From: Eledone cirrhosa
Taxonomy: Eukaryota
Direction of reading: 5' to 3'
NCBI GenBank assembly: GCA_964016885.1
Contig: OZ024741.1
Span: forward strand, 214,024,001 to 214,088,000
DNA length: 64,000 bases
Both the position numbers and the translations under genes were made by a program. How positions within the stretch are numbered: position 1 is the stretch's first letter; each line of letters begins with the position of its first letter. The notes beneath the pieces are model-generated. The model made no database searches, had not been told where the DNA came from, and saw only the letters and a list, made by a program, of their open reading frames with translations. Shown piece after piece: positions 58,401 through 64,000 of the stretch.

Positions 58401-58560
58401 TGGTGAGGTACAGTAGAGCTTAGTACAGTGTAGTTTGGTACGGTGTGGTTTGGTAGGGTACAGTAGAGCTTAGTACAGTGTAGTTTGGTACGGTGTGGTG
58501 TGGTAGGATACTGTAGAGTTTAGTACAGTGTAGTTTGGTAAGGTGTGGTGTGGTAGGGTG
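52411..58560. repeat. 50 bp minisatellite (~6.1 kb, ~120 units) with higher-order duplications
   Basis: Unit GGTACAGTAGAGCTTAGTACAGTGTAGTTTGGTATGGTGTGGTGTGGTGA. Confidence 0.97.
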
Positions 58561-59096
58561 CGGTCTCTTGTGGTGTAGTAGAGTGGTGTGGAGTGATGTG
58601 GTCTCTTGTGGTGATGTAGAGTGGTGTGGTATGATGTAGTAGTCTGGTGTTCTCTCTTTTGGTGTAGTGTAGTGTGGAGTGGTGTAGTAGAGGTGTGTGG
58701 AGTGGTGTAGTAGAGTGGTGTGGTGTAGTTATGGTTATGTAGATTACTTTCAGTAACTTTATACCCTTGCATCCGTTGACCCGTCCCACACTCCAATATG
58801 TCGTTCTCTATTTCCGTTTCCGGTTTAAAAGAACAAAACTACAAAACAACACGTCTTCAATTCCCCTGTCGATGTCCCACTGTGTCTTTATCTTCTTTCT
58901 CTTCTTTCTCTTCTTTTATTTCATTCTTTCATTTATTTGTCCTTTCTTTTGTTATTCCGCGTCCTTTCCTATTCCTTGCTTTCATTATTTTCGCTTTACA
59001 TTGTGTGTGTATATTTATATATATATATATATACATACACACACGCACACACACACATATATATATAAAAGTACGTATATATATATATATACATTT

Positions 59097-59137
<41 letters not shown>

Positions 59138-59145
59138 TTCTTTTC

Positions 59146-59177
59146 GCCTGAAGAAGGGCTTATGCCCGAAACGTCGT
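59146..59177 (+). ncRNA. Minimal hammerhead motif (family E), weak stem I
   Basis: CTGAAGA-A-GGGC TTAT GCCC-GAAA-CG-TC; AATAAA at 59211; remnant ends ~59262 in (TA)n. Confidence 0.7.
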
Positions 59178-59257
59178 TCCCCATCCCCCCACTCTCAAGA
59201 GCGTGAAACTAATAAACCTTTGTTCGTACTGCCTCTGTTTTGTTCCCGTTCCATTTT

Positions 59258-59293
<36 letters not shown>

Positions 59294-59347
59294 TAAAATT
59301 AGTCCTTCATCAGTGATCTTCCAACCATCATTGGTATTTCATCGCTT

Positions 59348-59456
<109 letters not shown>

Positions 59457-60140
59457 TTTTTTTTTTTCAACCGTGAAATAGTTTCGATAACTTCATTTGC
59501 TTCTTTCTTAAATAATGTTAAAAATGAGACGATCGCATTATTTCCTTCTTTCCAACATCTCTCTCTCACACTCACTCTCTCTCTCACACCCTCTCACTCC
59601 CAGTCTCCCCCTTCCTACATATATATATAGATCAGTCTCTGTCTCTCATTTAAATCTTCCAGATCAGATGACAACGAGAATCTGGGAATTATTATATAGA
59701 GTTAAGTGATTGGGTTAGTGGTGATGGTGATGATTATGATGATAATGACAGTCGTGACTGGTGGTGGTGGTGTTGATGATGGTGGTGGCAGTGGGGGTAA
59801 CAATGAATGTGTAAGTGTGGTGGCGGTGGTGGTGGTGTTGATGATGGTGGTGGCAGTGGGGGTAACAATGAATGTGTAAGTGTGGTGGCTGTGGTGGTGG
59901 TGTTGATGATGGTGGTGGCAGTGGGGGTAACAATGAATGTAGTAGCTGTGTAAGTGTGGTGGCGGTGGTGGTGACCCAGATCGTGGTAGTCGTAGGGCGG
60001 GGATGCTGGTTTTGTAGTTGTGTTGGTGGTGCTGCTGCTGATGGTGTCGAGGTTGTGTTGGTGGCGGTGCAGGTGCTAAAGATGGTGGTGGTGGTGGTGG
60101 TGGTGGTGTAGTTGTGGTTGTTGTTTTAATGGTGGAGGTA

Positions 60141-60297
60141 ATAATTGTTTCTACTTTTGGCACAAGGCCAGCCATTATAACAGTGCATTACTGGTACTTT
60201 ATTTTATTGACCCCGTAAGGATGAAAGGCAAAGTTAACCTCGGCAGGATTTGAACTCGGATCATAAAGGGAGGTAGCTCTATGCTGCAAATAATGGT
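60141..60297 (-). mobile_element. SINE family 1, 5' truncated
   Basis: Matches family 1 from B box to tail. Confidence 0.8.
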
Positions 60298-60565
60298 GAG
60301 GGTTTTGTGGTGGTGGTGTGAGAGGGGGGGTCTATTGACGGTATGGTGCCTATGCCAACACTCTGCTGTTGTCCCCTTTGCAATAAATAAATAAAATAGA
60401 AAAAAAAGTATGTCCCTCGGCTTGTGGCTTATACCATGTAATCTCAGCCGTTTAACATCAATATAACAACAATGAGCTCTGGACAGATATCATGGATACG
60501 ACGCCAGTCCGTCGCAGAGTCATTCCCTAGGGGCTGCTACCGAATTATTTTTTAGGTGAGTACAA

Positions 60566-60611
<46 letters not shown>

Positions 60612-60614
<3 letters not shown>

Positions 60615-61145
60615 GGAACCAGTAGGACCCCGACAGCTGAGCTCAAGCCGTTTCGACGGCTAATTCTGGACTAAATGAAAATTTATCCTGGTATTTAAAT
60701 AGCCGATCTTCTCAAGGGGTAATTCCATATATGGTCAAAGTGATTGTCAAAAATCAGTAGTAATTCTGTGGTTGCAAATTAGTAGGGGAGATGGTGGCTA
60801 AACCTGCCAGTAGGAGAAAGAGGGGAGGGGGTGGAGTAGACCCAATCAAGCGTTGGTAGTGCCAGCTACAGCTGGGCATGAGGTCAAAGAAGATACAGGG
60901 GAGGGGGAGGGGGAGGAAGTCGGAACGGTAGGTAGAACAATGGGGGGGAATATATAGAAAAGCAAATAAGTGTAAAGAAAAAAGTAAAGTAAATTAAATT
61001 CTACGACCTAGGTGTCAGGCTATTGAGGGTCTTCCTTGGCAAGCAGGGGTTACCCATTGCAAAATCGGCAAGTGGGGTGTTATAGCCCTAGTCTACCCCC
61101 CCCCCCCCGGGTCATTATGGGGTTTGAGGGCGAGGTAAGTCCTAC
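60612..61145 (-). repeat. 3' pseudo-LTR of the PLE
   Basis: Near-identical to 63431-63958 (one substitution seen; C13 versus C7 run). Confidence 0.95.
60627..60720 (-). ncRNA. Type I hammerhead ribozyme with U3:A8 core (3' pLTR)
   Basis: ACCCC-TTGAGAA-GA(T)CGGCTA...TAGCCGTC-GAAA-CGGCT TGAGCTC AGCTG-TC-GGGGT; predicted cut between 60632 and 60631. Confidence 0.85.
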
Positions 61146-61578
61146 GCAATCTATGTTTACATGCAGTAACCAGTTCATCTTTCTTGTTTAGGAGTTGGTC
61201 CGTCGAAAACAGCATTTGTAAAGTTTCCTCCGAGCATAAATTGCACGGACGGCGTCCTCCCGTGTAAGAATTGGCTCTGGACAGTAATCTCCAAGTGAGA
61301 TCATAGGTGATGTTGTTGTCCTTGAGGTCCCATATGTGGCCCGAAAGTGTAGTGGCGTGACGCCGGGCCGGGTTTCGGAAGGTATGTCTATGTTGGTATA
61401 GCCGGGTCTTGAAGTCACATGCGGTAAGTCCTATATAGGCTTTGTTGGAGGTATCCGTCCTCACGTTGCACTGGTAGATCACATTACGGTCTCTGCATCT
61501 ATTGTCGAGTGGGCAAATAGATCTATCCGGGCAGTTACACCTCCTGGTCGGTTCTCCACTGCTATAGAGGAGGTTAGG
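61093..61578 (-). CDS. PLE Cys-rich linker and GIY-YIG endonuclease domain (frameshifted C-terminal part)
   Basis: Frame open from 61578: CNCPDRSICPLDNRC..VIYQC..AYIGLT..FKTRLYQH..F..TTLSGHIW..CNLCSEE..LLNKKDELVTACKH. Confidence 0.9.
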   Translation of the reverse strand, partial: PNLLYSSGEPTRRCNCPDRSICPLDNRCRDRNVIYQCNVRTDTSNKAYIGLTACDFKTRLYQHRHTFRNPARRHATTLSGHIWDLKDNNITYDLTWRLLSRANSYTGGRRPCNLCSEETLQMLFSTDQLLNKKDELVTACKHRLRRTYLALKPHNDPGGGG

Positions 61579-63260
61579 TTATTTCTGCCATCGGGGTTGA
61601 GTTTTTTGTTGTTAGAGGAGACGATGTTTTGTGCGAAGTTTGGTGTAGTGCTGTAAGAGAGTTTGATGGTATTTTTGTTAATTATGTTGTGGTAGCGGTG
61701 TTGTAATGGGAAGTGTTTTTCAATGAGCCTAAAGAATAGTTTCCCGATGGGAGTAGTCACCTCTGCGTTGTGGGGAGGATTGAACCATGTTACATTGCGT
61801 GAGCGGCGGTGTCTCCTGCTGGTTCCGCTAATGGGAGCTGGACAGTAGGATATTTCCTCCCGGAAACCACTCCGCTTGAGGGCCTGGTTGTAATAAGGCG
61901 CATGTTCATCGAATATCCGCTCATTAGCTGACAAACGGGATATGCGGAGGGAGATGTTTTTGACCAGGTTGTTTGTGATGTTCCTAGGATGGTTTGATCG
62001 GCGGTGGATGTAGTGCAGATTGTCATTAGGTTTCCTGTATGGGTAGTACAGGTCGTTTTCGAGGTCGAGGGTCACGTCCAGGAAGTTTACTCGGGTCAGG
62101 GACGTTTGTAGGGTTATTTTAAATCCCCAGTCGCGGAAGAATCTGATTAATTGTTTCCGGACCCGATCTGTACAACTGGGGTTGTACCCTTTAAGGGTAA
62201 GGAGCCCATCATCACGGTACAATCCACCACCGAATGCAGGAAACATATCAGTGAGTTTGGCTATTAGGAATAATCCTATAAGATCAGTGACCTCCGCCGA
62301 ATCCGTGGCGCCCATGCTGACGTCGAAGGGTGAGTCGGGAGCTCTTTTTATCCATTTAGAGTCGTCAAAGAGTAAGACTGTCTTCCTGGCGTGGAGGATG
62401 ATTTTTCTTTCCTGGTCGGTGATGGGCACGAGTGTTTCGGCGAAGTCCAAGGCGGCAGTAAGTAGCGGTAAGGTGATTGAAGCATAGTAGCTCTCTATGT
62501 CGAACTGTATGAATTTAGTTTCTCGTTTATCCTCCATATTGCTGAACCAGGAGATTACTTCCTGGGTGTTGATCCATAGGCTAAGTCGGGTGTGTTGCTT
62601 GACTTTTGGTATCACGCGGTCTAGGATTTTTTTGCTGATTCTCCCTATGTCGGACTTCGTTGGGTTAATAAGCCTGATAGAGGGTTTACGGTCAAAATCG
62701 GATTTATGGTCCTTCAGTGTGAAGTATGGTGTCCGTGGGTCTAGAGGTTCCGTGCGGTCGGCGACCCCGAGGCTGGAGGTGATTTGTTGTCCATCTCGAT
62801 TTATGTCCTCGATGCAAGAGTGGTTGGCCTTTTTATAGGTGGAGTTTAGGCTGCTCCTGATCAGTGTGTGGTATCTGTCAGGGTTGACAAAGTATAGGTT
62901 CCCAGTTTTATCCGAATGCACCATGATGTCATTTGTGTTATCATACTCTGTTAAGTTGCTACGGAGTTTTTGTAGGAATCGGTTGTGTCTGGGTTTAAAT
63001 TTAATGTTCTTGACCAGTTGGAAGAGGTCATTCTCGAAGGGTGCGAGCAAGGGGTTCAGGGGCGGAGATTTGTAGGTAATAAATCCGAATCTCTCCTTGG
63101 TGCCGAAGTCTTGGTTGTCGCAATATCTGTCATAGAAAAAAGTTCTCCATCTAAGTCTTTTCGCAAATAGATCGATTTTTTGCGTGAGCATCCGAAGGTA
63201 AAGTTTTTTCGGTGGGATTGGGATGTTCTTGGTAGAGAAGTCAATGTTAAGTTTTCGCAT
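61479..63260 (-). CDS. PLE reverse transcriptase (ATG at 63260; frame open from 63407)
   Basis: Motifs FDIESYYASI, SMGATDSAEVTDL, LYRDDGL, NFLDVTL and the PLE-typical YRKP..YIH..SNHP. Confidence 0.95.
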   Translation of the reverse strand: MRKLNIDFSTKNIPIPPKKLYLRMLTQKIDLFAKRLRWRTFFYDRYCDNQDFGTKERFGFITYKSPPLNPLLAPFENDLFQLVKNIKFKPRHNRFLQKLRSNLTEYDNTNDIMVHSDKTGNLYFVNPDRYHTLIRSSLNSTYKKANHSCIEDINRDGQQITSSLGVADRTEPLDPRTPYFTLKDHKSDFDRKPSIRLINPTKSDIGRISKKILDRVIPKVKQHTRLSLWINTQEVISWFSNMEDKRETKFIQFDIESYYASITLPLLTAALDFAETLVPITDQERKIILHARKTVLLFDDSKWIKRAPDSPFDVSMGATDSAEVTDLIGLFLIAKLTDMFPAFGGGLYRDDGLLTLKGYNPSCTDRVRKQLIRFFRDWGFKITLQTSLTRVNFLDVTLDLENDLYYPYRKPNDNLHYIHRRSNHPRNITNNLVKNISLRISRLSANERIFDEHAPYYNQALKRSGFREEISYCPAPISGTSRRHRRSRNVTWFNPPHNAEVTTPIGKLFFRLIEKHFPLQHRYHNIINKNTIKLSYSTTPNFAQNIVSSNNKKLNPDGRNNLTSSIAVENRPGGVTARIDLFAHSTIDAETVM

Positions 63261-63430
63261 GGTGCGGGTGAAATGAATTGGGCTTAGCGGAAAAGTCTGG
63301 ATACGGCGTGGTAGGGTCGGAAAGTGCTCTACTACGAGAGTAGGAGCTAGATAACGAAGGAAATGTGGTAAGGAACCAGGTGGACCATAACGCACCAAAG
63401 TACTCAATACTTGAGGTAGTAGAGTGGGTA

Positions 63431-63958
63431 ATAGGAACCAGTAGGACCCCGACAGCTGAGCTCAAGCCGTTTCGACGGCTAATTCTGGACTAAATGAAAA
63501 TTTATCCTGGTATTTAAATAGCCGATCTTCTCAAGGGGTAATTCCATATATGGTCAAAGTGATTGTCAAAAATCAGTAGTAATTCTGTGGTTGCAAATTA
63601 GTAGGGGAGATGGTGGCTAAACCTGCCAGTAGGAGAAAGGGGGGAGGGGGTGGAGTAGACCCAATCAAGCGTTGGTAGTGCCAGCTACAGCTGGGCATGA
63701 GGTCAAAGAAGATACAGGGGAGGGGGAGGGGGAGGAAGTCGGAACGGTAGGTAGAACAATGGGGGGGAATATATAGAAAAGCAAATAAGTGTAAAGAAAA
63801 AAGTAAAGTAAATTAAATTCTACGACCTAGGTGTCAGGCTATTGAGGGTCTTCCTTGGCAAGCAGGGGTTACCCATTGCAAAATCGGCAAGTGGGGTGTT
63901 ATAGCCCTAGTCTACCCCCCCGGGTCATTATGGGGTTTGAGGGCGAGGTAAGTCCTAC
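63431..63958 (-). repeat. 5' pseudo-LTR (partial tandem copy of the element 3' end)
   Basis: Direct repeat of 60612-61145, including the last codons of the endonuclease. Confidence 0.95.
63446..63539 (-). ncRNA. Type I hammerhead ribozyme with U3:A8 core (5' pLTR)
   Basis: Identical to 60627-60720; core at 63534-63528; predicted cut between 63451 and 63450. Confidence 0.85.
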
Positions 63959-64000
63959 TGCATGTAAACATAGATTGCGTAGGACTTACCTCGCCCTCAA

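Larger units (their letters stand above)
60612..64000 (-). mobile_element. Penelope-like retroelement (C-terminal EN+, probably Hydra-type clade) with partial-tandem pseudo-LTRs and inverted 5' segment; runs off the window
   Basis: RT and GIY-YIG ORFs; direct repeats 60612-61145 and 63431-63958; 63959-64000 is the reverse complement of 61124-61165; 3' end in (TA)n. Confidence 0.95.

Noticed and set aside
62182-63170. Plus-strand ORFs antisense to the RT
   Set aside because: Shadow ORFs of the coding strand with no independent motifs
60612-63958. Interpretation as an LTR retrotransposon
   Set aside because: No gag, protease, integrase, TG..CA ends or PBS; the repeat includes the ORF 3' end, and the RT plus GIY-YIG are PLE-type

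Overview
Repeat-dominated, AT-rich eukaryotic DNA. The tRNA-derived SINEs, (TA)n/(CA)n density and RTE fragments suggest an octopus/cephalopod genome (inference). Almost all ORFs in the supplied track are microsatellite or minisatellite artefacts. The only real coding region is a young Penelope-like retroelement (PLE) on the minus strand at 60612->64000. It encodes an RT and a C-terminal GIY-YIG endonuclease split by one frameshift, has partial-tandem pseudo-LTRs plus an inverted 5' segment, and is inserted in (TA)n. Reading its pseudo-LTR by eye shows a complete type I hammerhead ribozyme (HHR) with a compensatory U3:A8 core (UUGAGAA instead of CUGANGA). A second, unrelated family (43739-44460) also has a U3:A8 core (UUGAAAA). 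Many other short, often fold-back PLE-end remnants sit between (TA)n runs, and together they carry hammerheads of about nine sequence families. The remainder is large minisatellites (25, 26, 50 and 59 bp units), SINEs, hAT/Tc1/piggyBac-type MITEs, RTE LINE fragments and one candidate microexon. All structures were folded by eye; none was computed or tested.
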